From: Balanoglossus misakiensis
Lineage: Eukaryota > Animalia > Hemichordata
Length of the DNA: 64,000 nt
NCBI GenBank assembly: GCA_040954595.2
Contig: CM082582.2
Span: 806,001-870,000, forward strand
Direction of reading: 5' to 3'
Shown: one piece after another, positions 51,774 through 64,000 of the stretch
How the letters are laid out: each line of letters opens with the position of its first letter
Numbering within the stretch: position 1 is the first letter of the stretch
The notes under the pieces: model-generated
What the model was told of the DNA's origin: nothing
The model's input: only the letters and a program-made list of their open reading frames with translations
Database searches by the model: none
Made by a program: the position numbers and the translations under genes

Positions 51774-54061
51774 TTAATGTTTACGATATCAGGACAATTT
51801 ATATCATATGAAGTTTTATGTATTCATAATTATTCAGAGAAGCAAATTTTTAAAAATGTGAAATTGTTATCAATCGGATGTGCACTGACAGCATGCTTAT
51901 ATGGAATACAGGTACTCTAACACAATCAGTCATAACACTTTTGAATCATCAATAAATAACATATAGAATAATTTTACAGGATTTAATTATTTATATTTGA
52001 ACGCAAAGCGTAAATTCCCTTGTGCCATGGAATTCACAATCTGCAACTGGTGGGGTCCTTCTGCCAGTAAGAAGCATCAGATAAATTCTGCATGCTCATC
52101 ACCGAGGCAATTTAGGTGTACTTTTGTACTTTGAGAACTGTCGGTTTTTGCAACTGAAACTCTGCTCACAGGACGGAGGAAAAACTAGAATGACAACAGC
52201 TATGTAAGCTAACAAAAGAAACACAGAGCATAGTTCTCCATACTCATATTTTAATGCAATAATTTTTGCTGAAATTGGGGCGTCCGTGGGCAGGCAAAGG
52301 CAGTTCTAACTCAACTTGCAAATCAGGCCCATGTCTCTAGTTCCCTGAGACTGTCTGGTTCTAATAATAGCTGTAAGAACATAATCGTTGACCAAAGGGT
52401 TGGTTCAATTTTGCAACATTTTATGATTTCAAGCTGTGCAATATTTGCAACTCTGTTTCGACTTTGGTTGGAGGGATGATGATGAAGCCATTTCACTGAC
52501 AAAATAGCACTACTAACTGACATCCATATTTGTTTACAGTCAAATGCATTGCCATCAGAAAAATGCATACGAAAAAATTCTTATGTGAATAATACACACT
52601 TTCTTGCACAACTGCAAACTCTGTCACATTTGTGAAATTTTAAGGAAATTCATTCATTGGGTAGCTTTATGAATTCTTAAACAAACTTAGTCATGAAGCC
52701 TAAATGGTTACCTTACACATCTGGCGGCTCGACTTCTGTGATATGATAGTCTTCAATTAATGTGTATGTGATTCCATACAAATCCATATGATTACCTGAA
52801 CGTACAAAATAAATAAAAAATAAAAAATAAATTAAAAATAAATAAGTATCTCATACATATGCATAAGTGCTTGTGATAAATATATCCTGTATTTAAATAA
52901 ACCTGTCATTTATTGACCTCGTTTTCCTATTAACCCAAAGGACTAGATTGCACTGTAATATTATTACAGCTTCATTTCAATGCAACAGGTACACTACATC
53001 ATATTGGAGCAAATATGCCAGCTCAACATTGATATAAAGAGTGTCAAAATATTGGTGGCTACAAAAGCTTGTGTCCCTTCAATCCATCCTCGCACTCAGG
53101 TGAAAACGAACGTCATTAGTTTTTGGGAAAAAACCTCTGAAATCAATTTCGGTGAGGCCAAATGTGTTCCAAAGGCAAACCGTTTCTGGTAAACAAATCA
53201 ATGGCAAATAATTACTTCGGCGACATACCAATCAGTCAACATGGCTGCCTAATCGTTGGATAGCCTGGTTTCATCTCGCGATCATTCTGTCTTCCGATAT
53301 GGCGTTGCATGGTTAAATTCGTCTCTTCTTTGCCGACATAGTCAGGCGACAGCGGTCGAGAAGCATAGGCAGCGACTCCATCTTGTTTACATTGTGAAGT
53401 ATCGACTGCGCATGCTCAATAATTTTCCGCGTTTTTTTTTTGCCAACGGCGCGCGCGCGGTGTCTGGTATAGAGAAAATAACATGCAAGTGCGCGATTAT
53501 TCATTTGTAAAAAATCAGTTATACATTTGTCATCAACGTTTGAAAACTTTCAATGATCTTACCTCGGTAAGCATTTCAAATAGGTACATTTTTATTTAGA
53601 ACCATCGTATGTGGAAAATAATAAAACACAGAGTGGGGATTGGCCCTATGTTTGACTTGATCATACCCAGCTCGGTTTGCGTTTTGTCATTGACGAGGGT
53701 GTCAGACTTTTGCTGAGAGAGTGAGTTTCTATAGCGTAAACGTTTATCGACTGGACTTTCTGTGCGCCAACAATTACATTATTTTTGGCCGGGGAACACG
53801 TGCAACTTTTGATGACTGTTTTTCTAGCGCCGTGTTTTTATCTTACGACCTAGAATACCTGCTTTCGTCACCATGGTCTGCTCTGCACGTACTATGCTTT
53901 CCAGTTTATGTAGCTTGAAGTTGTACCACATTTTGGTTTCCGAGCTGTAGCGAACATAAAACCGAAACTAATAGCTACGTGTTGACCGCAGCGACTGCGT
54001 GTTTTTTTGTTGTATTCCCAACCTACAGTTTATTCTCATGCAGCTCAGACTGAGGTCGCTT

Positions 54062-54394
54062 CTAAGAGAAAAAACAACAACATATTTTGGCTGCTGCCAG
54101 ACCAGGAATGGAAAATCTTGAGTGGCGCTGGGCTGCATTTCTCTGTAGGACTGTAGTTGTATTGTGCAAGGGTTCGCCAGCATCGCCTTCAGACTTGTTG
54201 TCATAGTCACTGGTGGCGGTTTGTCCTGCACTACTCGTCGTTCTATTTGATGTGGTGGTATTATTCCCAGATGTCTGTGCCGAGGATCCTGCCCGTTTTC
54301 CGATTCTCTTCGTTTTGTCGGCCATTTGCTTCACTTTTTCTGTCATTGTTGCGACGTCAGTCTCTGTTGTTGTTCGAAGGAGGCTAAAGTCCAT
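54062..54394 (-). CDS. Hypothetical 110-aa T/S-rich ORF ending CCCFFS
   Basis: ORF with biased, disordered-protein-like composition; no recognisable domain. Confidence 0.2.
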   Translation of the reverse strand: MDFSLLRTTTETDVATMTEKVKQMADKTKRIGKRAGSSAQTSGNNTTTSNRTTSSAGQTATSDYDNKSEGDAGEPLHNTTTVLQRNAAQRHSRFSIPGLAAAKICCCFFS

Positions 54395-54473
54395 TCACCA
54401 TTAATAGCCGAATTTCCAAGATCGTCCGTTAATTACAATGCGACGTCACGCTACCATGTCCTAAGAAAGACTA

Positions 54474-54650
54474 CAGGGCACATTTTTTTATCTCGTGCGC
54501 ACGACTTACGTGTGCATGTGATATTTTCTCGTGAACACGAGTGCGCTCGCAATTTTCTCGTGCGCACGAGATATGCACGAGATAGCATGTTTCTCGTGCA
54601 CACGAGAAAACATCTCGCTGGAACAAGATACTATCTCTTGCACAAGAAAT
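54474..54650. repeat. Cluster of palindromic CTCGTGCGCACGAG-like motifs (MITE relic)
   Basis: About 6 degenerate copies. Confidence 0.55.
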
Positions 54651-57149
54651 AGAATAACTGGCAGCCACTATGATGTCTGCCACAGGCAAATTTAAATATT
54701 CCACTCTGGATCTTCTTTCAGCCCTTCGGAAAACATGAGCATTTATGAAATCCGGCTCTCAATTTTTCGAGAAGTTCCAGCAGTTGTGGTGTCGCCAAAA
54801 ACGAATGTATGCCATTCCTGGCGGAAAAAAATATGCAAGAGACGCTTGCAATACACTGCCATCTACCTGACCGCCCTACATGCCTTAATGTAAGGTAGAA
54901 GGTCGGGCGGTACGAAGAGTTCACCAAAAGAGGGCGCATTTTATCATCCATTGATTTATACTGTGTACGAGCAGAGAAGCCTCAGTGTTTGCGGTTAGAA
55001 CCGTATCGGTAAGACAAAGACAGAAGAGTTGACAGACAACAAACTTATTCAGTTTATATCATATAATTCTTACTGTAAAACGTTCCCTGAATAAAGCCTT
55101 GTGCTCATAAGAACATTGAAGATTGTCGCATACAGACCGACACCCTTTTATCTATTGTAGGTATTGAATAGAACGCTAAATACCTGTGTATTTCTTATTC
55201 ATTAAGCAATGATGTAACACAACAAGTTTCGGACAGTGTGAAGAAAGGGCCAAAGCACTCTTGCAAGTTAGTGTTGTGTACTCTTTTCCAACACTGCTGC
55301 AAGCTGTTCAGCAACTGATGCTGCTTGTATCTCCGATGACAAATGGACAGTCTGTGTGCTGTCAAAGTAAATCCATCAATTTTGCGGAGCTGAAAGGAAA
55401 ATGACAGCTTGTCAAACTCAAATCTGCCAGACGAAATAGGGAAAGAAATGCATAACAGGTAATCCACCATAGTATGAATTTTAGCCAGCATCCTATGAAA
55501 TGCGGTGAAACGGAACTGCAATTAATTTTAAATGAATTCTGCTCAAATTGTTTTGTTAGTTCTCAACATTGGATTGGAACCGTTAAATATATTGTACCGT
55601 ATAACATTATCATACAGGTTAGTATGTCAAATATTTTTCCATTTGGCATTTTCTTCTTGAGGTCATTTCAACAGTATGCACACCACAGTTTGTGAGATAT
55701 GGACAGAAACAAACAGGAATCTATGCAATGTTATAATAGTATATTATTGTTAACAAGAAAGCGGCAACTCTCTGCCTGGCAGAGAATAATGATAGTCTTT
55801 TTGAAAAAAAGGGCGTGCTGAGGATATGGTCAGTCAAAAACATACATGTATAAGGTATGCCTGAACTAATTTTTAATATGGTGTACTTAAATATTTATGC
55901 ATTGTCACAATGACTGGAGGTCTTTAAATGACCAAGCTGTATGGACACCTCATTCAATGTTACATATATTTGTTATTACATGTTTTATTGAAATTGCCAG
56001 TTGTCTGTTTTAATTCTGGCAGTTCTGCTGTGTCTTTTGTCTTGCCCTGACAGAATGCAGTAATATTTGCAGTACAAGAGGAGTGTCAGTAAATAGTGGA
56101 GCAATATCTTTCTACGAATGTACTCATGCATTGCTCCAAAGTGAAGTACATTCGCAAAACCAGTTTGGGAAATCGGGACTCTTTTCAAGATAATACCACA
56201 TTTTTGTGGATGTCACATGACATGGAAACACTCTAGAATCACGATTGAGATAAGGTTTCGGTTTGATATACCACTTCCTTGTTATTTCAATCTGTATGTT
56301 TTCTTAACCCCCTCCCTCGAAAAAAGGTAATTGAGGTAATTGTAAAATTACCTGAAAACAAACAGGCTACTCTAGCCTCCTTTTTATGAGGTTTGTGATG
56401 TAACATATTTTGAATTTCGTGCATCGATCAAAAGTTTCCGTGCACTAACTATCAAAACTATACCAAAAAATAATTTGGGCAATTCATAAGGAGAATCTAG
56501 TGGGTCAGCGGCTATAGAACTGACGTAAGTGTAAGTATCAGAGGATTGTGGGTACGAGGCTGGGAAGAGCAAAACTCGAACACTCATGAAATCTACACGT
56601 GACGCCAAATTCTTTGTAATATGAACAGTGGAAAACTGCCATGCCATCCCTCTAAGTGCAAACTTCCAAAGATTTCAATCTGGTGATATTTAAAAAAAAT
56701 ATTTTATTCAAATTCATGTGGTGATATTTAAAAAAAATATTTTATTCAAATTTATGTTATAAATTAAACTTGCATCTATGATATAGAAATGACTCTGTCT
56801 TATATAACAAAAATACAAATAACTTGGTTAGATGACCAAAGATTTCCCATCTCGAAAAGTTTCTACCAAAATGACTAACTCCAAATCTGCTAAGAGAGCC
56901 CTAGCAAATTTAATCACTGCACATTACTCTCGATAAAACGAAATATTGCGCATTCATTTTGTCCTTGAATTGAAATGCATGGCCAGTGTTCATAGACTTC
57001 ACACACACAGGATGTTTAAGGAGTTGAATTGTTATTGACAGCGACCAGGTCGGTAGATTCTATAGGATGAAGAAAAAATGAAAAGACAGTCAGTACATAG
57101 CTAAATTCTCCTATACAAGGGCGTCTTCAATTGGTACAGTGACTGACTG

Positions 57150-57236
57150 AATGGATGAATGAATGAATGAATGAATGAATGAATGAATGAATGAATGAAT
57201 GAATGAATGAATGAATGAATGAATGAATGAATGATG
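57150..57236. repeat. (GAAT)n microsatellite
   Basis: Direct inspection. Confidence 0.95.
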
Positions 57237-57316
57237 AACGGATGAGTCGTAATAATATGCTTCAATCATAGGGGCTTTGAAAATTATTAAAATAAAATAA
57301 AAAATAATGTACTCAC

Positions 57317-58300
57317 AACCGACATTTATACAACAGACAGCTCAAGAAACTCCTCCATGTGTACAATACTTTGCCAATTTAGTGACAACATCAGCTTGCA
57401 GAGCACGTGAGCACCGCTTTCGCCAGCCTGTGGTGCCCGCATATCTTTTTTGTTCAGCAGTAACATGCACGACACATGCAGAGACACAAACGTCCATGTT
57501 GCAAATTGTAGATGAAAGCATCAGCTGCGCTGGTTTTATGGTCAGCATCACTGGCTGTTACATGAAAACTGTTTGTCACATACCTTAACCAACATATACG
57601 TGTATCTGTATGGAAAGAAAGTAGGCTCACCCCCGGTACAGTATTATTTTATTTTGCATGCACGCAATGGCCTGAATTTGCAAAACTGGGATCATCTGCG
57701 CGCATTTCAAAACGTGCTCGTTGCTTAACTTCGCGTGCTTTACTACTCACAATTATTCCACTTGTGAACGAACACGTCACCCAATTTTACAGTGTAGCCA
57801 TGTGGAAAACTGGTGACAAGGTAATATTTCATTCGAAGATCAACCTACGTTCAGAAAGTTTGCATTGTGGTGAATTCTCACTGCTCTCGCAATGCGGTCT
57901 GTGGCTCACTGCCGCAGACCGCATTACACGTAGAAATAAATTCTGTACGTCACAGTTCGTAGGTCGCATAGGTCATGGAGTTAATCCATTATACATTGCG
58001 GCTTACAATTTCTCGTGACCCTCTTATCATGCAGCTTGTGTGTTACTGACCACTGACGCATGTCAAAACACTCAATATTTTTTTTAAATTTGCAAAATCT
58101 TTCATTTTAAAGTTGTGATACTCACTGCAGATAGCATTCTTTTCAGTAGGAACTATTTCTGCTGCCATTTCAATATTGTCTTTATTCCATGTAAATATAT
58201 TTCCTCCAATTGAACAGTCCCCCGCCACAGCTGCAACCTCTTCTGCAGTCAGAACTTTTGACCACATGTATGTCATTTAGTCAAGACAATTTGGGAGAAC
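57317..58300 (-). pseudogene. Degenerate exons: pentraxin C-terminus (~58125-58300) followed by WSC-like exon (57317-57605)
   Basis: MWSKVLTAEEVAAVAGDCSIGGNIFTW with |gtgagt donor; next exon bounded by tacag|/|gtgagt with MDVCVSAC...YAGT...C..GG, frameshifts and stops. Confidence 0.5.
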
Positions 58301-58310
58301 TGTAGTTTAA

Positions 58311-59290
58311 AGCCTCCAAAGCTGCCACTTTTAGCATTATTTTCATGATTTTATTTTCCAACTTAAATTGGTTCATCAAAATAAGCTTACTGATAGGTAT
58401 ACATAAACATCTTATCGATGCCCGATTGTGACTGCATGTTGCAATTGGAACATGCTATGTATTAAAACGGTGCCTCACCGATTTAATCAGCCTTCATACA
58501 AACAATAGCAGCTAAGCAGCTATCGTGAAATGCGACGCCAAGTTATGACAAACCAATGCAAATGCAAGTAATATGGCTCAATGGTCACGGGTGAAGATTT
58601 TAGGGAATAGGGAATATACATATGAAGTATTTTACTCTGGAAAAAAATATGCCAATTTTAGCAGCTATAGGGTTTTTAAAGCGCGGGCGAAGTATGAACA
58701 GATGCAGTAAATATCGATACATTGTATTTTGGAGGTTTCTCATAACCATGATTGGTTGGCTAATTATGCGGCGTTTTCTAAATAAAAGGAACAATATTAA
58801 TTTATTGTTGGGGCTCACCTCCGTTAACATCTTGCCGTCTCTGCTGAGTGTTGGCCTCTTCCAGCGGCACGTGTTTGTCCTTTAGGGCATGCTGTAAAAT
58901 ATTTAGAATAGCGCTGCCATTTGATCAAAGGATAAGCTGGCTTCGCGTGTTAGGGATGTGTGTCTGACGACTATGCCTCGAAGCAAAAGACACAGCCGAC
59001 CCTGCCACGCAGATTCATTTGTTGTGTCACACATTTTCGATCCAAGAAGAGAATATCAACCTTGACGTTGCGAAAATGACAAGAAACTCATATAGGTTGT
59101 GTGATTACTTACCCGGAACTTGTTGGGAATTGCTGTCACCAGAGGTGCCCACAGCGTGAAAGCCAGAATGACTGCGACGCCTGCATTGGAGTTCGTCATG
59201 AATGGAAACATCGATGAACACGTTCGGTCTTCGATGAGGCTAGTGTCCACAGAATAGGCATTCTTTTATAAGGCAGCTGGGAGGTGGTAA
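58311..59290. mobile_element. Possible old TTAA-target (Kolobok-like) non-autonomous element
   Basis: TTAA-AGCCTCCAAAGCTGCC vs GGCAGCTGGGAGGT near 59272; right end degenerate. Confidence 0.35.
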
Positions 59291-59744
59291 ATCCATTGTG
59301 ATCACCATGCTATTAGTAGCCCAAGCAGTCAAAATTTGCGAAAAATATATAAATATGGAAAAAATATATCAATGGGATCAATAGTTATTAAGCACTTTTT
59401 AAAAACAAATGACACCGTAAGATCAATTATCTTGTTTTCCGCGACAAGTTTCAACATGGTATGTCAGCGCTACCAGTGAATAATATTATTAGAAACTATG
59501 ACAGCTGTAACCGTGCGATTAATGATTTCATCAATTTTAATCATATACTTGTGAATATTTGCGCGGGTGCTGGTTTAATAAACTGTGTTGATATATAGGT
59601 GGAAGACTGTTTAGTTTTCCAGTCAATTATGTGATGTATTACGCCTGACGCTTAAATGATTTGGTCCAGGGAGAATAACCGCGTTTGGCCGGTCAAGCGA
59701 ACCCTGGATCTTGCAGGCTCTGCCCACTTTCCAATCAACAACCA

Positions 59745-62700
59745 TTGAGCATGCGCAGTTGATACTTCACATTGTAAACAAGATGGCGTCGCTGTATATG
59801 CTTCTGGACCGCTGTCGCCCGACTATGTCGGCAAAGAAGAGACGAATTTAACCAAGCAACGCCATATCGGAAGATAGAATGATCGCGAGATGAAACCGGG
59901 ATATCCAACGATTTGGCAGCCATGTTGATTGATTGGTAAGTCGCCGAAGTAACTATTTGCCATTGATTTGTTTACCAGAAACGGTTTGCCTTTGGAACAC
60001 ATTTGACCTCACCGAAATTGATTTCAGAGTTTTTTCCCAAGAACTAATGACGTTCGTTTTCACCTTTCTGTCCCGAAGTTGCAAACGTGTTGTCTCTGAG
60101 AAAATAAATGTGATTTGTACCCGCGATAATCATAGTTCGGATTTCAACCCACAACATCAACGCCAGCCATTCACCAACATGTGCCAGATAATGTTTATCA
60201 GTCATATTTTCTCAGTCTGAATTTACAAAAGACTAATTGTATATTATGCACATTGCAATTTTAATATGTAACACGTTTGACCTGAGTGGGAGAATGGATT
60301 GAAGGGACACAAGATTTTGTAGCCACTTATATTTTGACACTGTTTATATAAATGTTGAGCTGGCATATTTGTTCCCTTATGATGTAGTGTACCTGTTGCA
60401 TTGAAATGAAGCTGTAATATTAAAGTGCAATTTAGTCCTTTGGTTTACTGGGAAAATGAGGTCAATAAATGACAGGTTTATTTAGATATATGATATATTT
60501 CTCACAAGCACTTATGCATATGTATGAGATACTTATTTATTTTTAATTTATGTATTTATTTTTAATTTATTTTGTATGTTCAGGTAATCATATGGATTTG
60601 TATGGAATCACATACACATTAATTAAAGACTATCATATCACAGAAGTCGAGCCTCCACATGTGTAAGGTAACCATTTAGGTTTCATGACTAAGTTTGTTT
60701 AAGAATTCATAAAGCACGAATTCTACCTAATGAATGAATTTTCTTAGAATTTCACAACTGTGACAGGGTTTGCAGTTATGCGAAAAAGTGTTATTATTCA
60801 CATACGAAACTTTTCGTATACATTTTTCTGATGGCAATGCATTTAACTTTGAACAAATATTGACGTCAGTTAGTAGTGCTATTTTGTCAGTGAAATTGCT
60901 TCATCATCATCCCTCCAACCAAAGTTGAAACTGAGTTGCAAATATTGCACAGCTTGAAATCATAAAATGTCGCAAAATTGAACCAACCATTCGGTCAACG
61001 ATTATGTTCTTACAGCTATTATTAGAAGCAGACAGTCTCAGGGAACAAGATACATGGGCCTGATTTGCAAACTGAGTTGGAACTAACCTTGCCTGCCCAT
61101 GGATGCGCCAATTCAGTGAATCTTATCGTATTAAAAATGAATATGGAGAACTATTCTCTGTGTTGTGATTGTTAGCCTACATGTATACATATGTACCTTG
61201 AGTGATTCCACTTTCTTCAGTGTCCTGTGAATTCAGTTGCCATAACTTGCGCTTCACACAGCGCATACATGTAGGTCTAATCAATTGGGCAACTGGGTCT
61301 TACAATATTATCTGATGCCTCTTACTGGCCGAAGGACCACAAGTTGCATTTTCACATCGCATATAAATAGAAAACCCATTAATTTCTACTGTATGATTTT
61401 ATTGACGATTCAATAGTTTCATGACTGTTAGTGTTAATTACAATACCTAAATTCCCAAATGAAAGCATGCTGTCAGTTTTCATGTGATTGATATTAATTT
61501 TACAATTTCAAAATATGCTTAGCTCTGAATGATTATGAACATATCAAACTTCATGTTAAATAAACTGTCTTGATATTGTATACATTAAGGCCTACTACCA
61601 GTGTCACAACATTGATTTCCTGCATTTTTGCTCATGCCTTCTGACCAGTCAGTTGCCTCTGTATGTGTGTATGTAGTATGTATGGATGTATGTATGTCTG
61701 TCCACATCAAAAACTTGAAAACCCCTTCGCGTATCCCCTTGATATTTGGTGTGTAGATGTAGGCCAGCCTGTAAATAGGATTTTGTTCATATTAAGAAGG
61801 TTGAAGTATTTTCATGATTGGTTTTATTTGATTACTCCAGAAACATACAATACAGAGTCTGTGTGGTAAGTCTTGATATTGGGTTTTTAGATGCAGGCAC
61901 GCCTGTTCAAATGAAATATGCTAATTACCTGGAGCAATGTGAAATTGATCAAAACTCAGAAACTCAACAACTGGTCAGATTGCTTTGAACATTTGTATGC
62001 ATGTAGCTTATGTCACGCCTGATATACTTTCAGCTAATATCGTGAATTGTATCTAGAATTTAGTATGCTATTTCCTATAGGTAATCTTTGTTAGTATTGT
62101 TTAAATTGTGGCAAAATTTGTAATTTTTGGGAAATATAATTTTGTCATTTTTGGTCAAAAATCATTTTCTCTGAAACTCCATGTCAGGTCAGGTTGCATT
62201 TAAATTTTGGTTTGCTTGTTCCATGAGGTAACCCAAGTAATGTTGTATATCATTTTGGTGAAATTTGCATATTTGTGGTCTTGAGGCAATTTTTGCAATT
62301 TGTATTCTTTGAAACCGCATGTCAAATTGCTTTCAATTTTGGTAGGCATGTTCCTTGTGGTGATTGAAGTGAGATATTGTTGGATTTGTTGATATCTGAA
62401 TTTTTGTGGTTGAGGCAGTTTTTGTCATTGTTGAAGAAATGTTGTTTTCACTGAAAATACTCCGATTCCTGTGAAATTGTATTAGGTTACCTGGTAGGTC
62501 ATATCTGCTTGGCAATGTCACAGCGGTGTACACACCTATTTTTGTGTAATCCAAAGTGTGTAATAAGCTAGCAAATATTTACTAGTAAATCATGTATGTT
62601 CTACTTCTTACAAGGTTGAAGTATGTTGATGTCTGGGTTAAATGGGATTCTTCAGAAACATACAATACAGAGTCTGTGGTACAGTTCATGGTCACATTCA

Positions 62701-64000
62701 GAATTACCTAGTCTATATCCAGCCGTGTTCTGTCCGCTTTGCTTCCAAAAGTATCGTCTAGTGTCATGCATGCCACTTGCCCAATAATCTGACACCCCTT
62801 GCTGGGAAATTTGATGTAACAAGTATCCCTTAGTGAAATTATTAACATAAATTGAACAATGTTGATTTGGCGTAAGATTATAGTGAAGGCAGGGCTTATT
62901 ACATTGAAAATGCTATCCAGCCTTAATTACACATTATGAATATCCTTTGTCCAATCATTGGAAAAACAATGTACTTGCATAGCACTTTGAAGGTGAATCG
63001 CAAGTGGTCACTTTAATTACATTACCTCAAGCAGTCTTTTACATGTAGCTATAATAAGACAAACATTCCCGGTGTAATTAACATCACTGTTGTTATTAGT
63101 ATCTATCTCCGATAAGTATCAAGTCTGCCTTATGTTATTTTAAGTCAATTGTCAGGTTCATGTACATATTTTACAACTTATCTATCTTGTCAAAAACTTT
63201 CGCATGTACCTAATTCTAGGCTTACCAGTAGGGTTATAGATACAGTGTATTATATTAACATGCATTAATATGAAACTAAATGTTGATGGTTAATTAAAGA
63301 CCCCCTTGAGCTATGGTAACCTCATTAAATATGTGCATATCTTATTCTAGTGGATGTGGTAACCTGGACATGGACAACTCTGGGGTCAAAATCTTTTGAC
63401 AAACTTTTGGGTGATCTTGGGTAAACTTTGACCTACATTCCTATATCTTGGCATCCGGCACAGATACATCCTTGACACTTGGAGTTATGGAACTATGTAA
63501 TGGAATATTATGTCTTGCCTCATTAATTATGTACATACCTAATGCCAGCCTAACCAATAGGGCTGGAAGTCTGCCTTTTTTTGGACATGATACATTTGAG
63601 ATCAACATTTTTCTACAGCAGCCAGCCTTCTCTTAAAAAGAATGGACAATATAAAGGCTTTGCTGGTATACTGAACTTTGGACTCCCTCCCTGAGACTGT
63701 GTGCCAATGACGGGATAGCCTACTCAGCGTTGGGTAGATCCTAAGAAGGCCTCAGCCAGGCATCAGATACAAAAAGCGGAAATCCAAGCTTTAATGGTGG
63801 GTTACATCGTTAACTTCCCTGCAGAGCTGATTTCTCAGACTGTGAGCCAATGACGGGTAAAGCCCCTAGGTAGGGGCCACCTAAGACAGGCCGGTCATGC
63901 TTTAGTCACAAAGAAGGGCAAGTTCAGTCATACCATAACTTTGTCTGCTGTATATGCTTCATAATGATTGCATGGTATTTTGAGAATACATTGTCTTAAG
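59745..64000 (+). repeat. Module copy M3, right arm of inverted duplication (runs off window)
   Basis: 59745-60066 RC of 53097-53420; 63510-64000 near-identical RC of 47404-47895. Confidence 0.9.

Larger units (their letters stand above)
47404..53420 (-). repeat. Module copy M2, left arm of inverted duplication
   Basis: Colinear RC match to 59745-64000. Confidence 0.9.

Noticed and set aside
53256-53510. ORF conserved with 59735-59923
   Set aside because: Similarity comes from the M2/M3 inverted duplication, not from protein-level selection

Overview
Repeat-dense, AT-rich animal genomic DNA with spliceosomal introns, Helentron-type HINEs, L2/CR1 LINEs and MITEs. It looks like a marine invertebrate, but the species cannot be determined. 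No intact host gene is evident. (1) A 14-exon, 5'-incomplete, disabled Uninflatable/SVEP1-like receptor gene lies on + at 24218-32740 (pentraxin-HYR-sushi-SEA-like-4x Ephrin_rec_like-EGF-EGF-TM-NPxY) and abuts a truncated HINE. (2) Exons of a spliced tandem OB-fold (RPA70-like) gene are scattered over 3.9-23.4 kb in both orientations and can be reassembled in phase. (3) Nested kb-scale inverted repeats run through the window: 1-1.1 kb vs 42-44.8 kb, 7.9-10.3 kb vs 20.6-22.7 kb, and an alternating-orientation triplicated module at 44.9-64 kb. (4) There is a 309-bp satellite carrying a duplicated LINE, an 82-86-bp minisatellite, two inverted tRNA-Gln-like cloverleaves and many small DNA transposons, several confirmed by empty sites in paralogous arms. 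All calls were made by eye and boundaries of diverged repeats are approximate.
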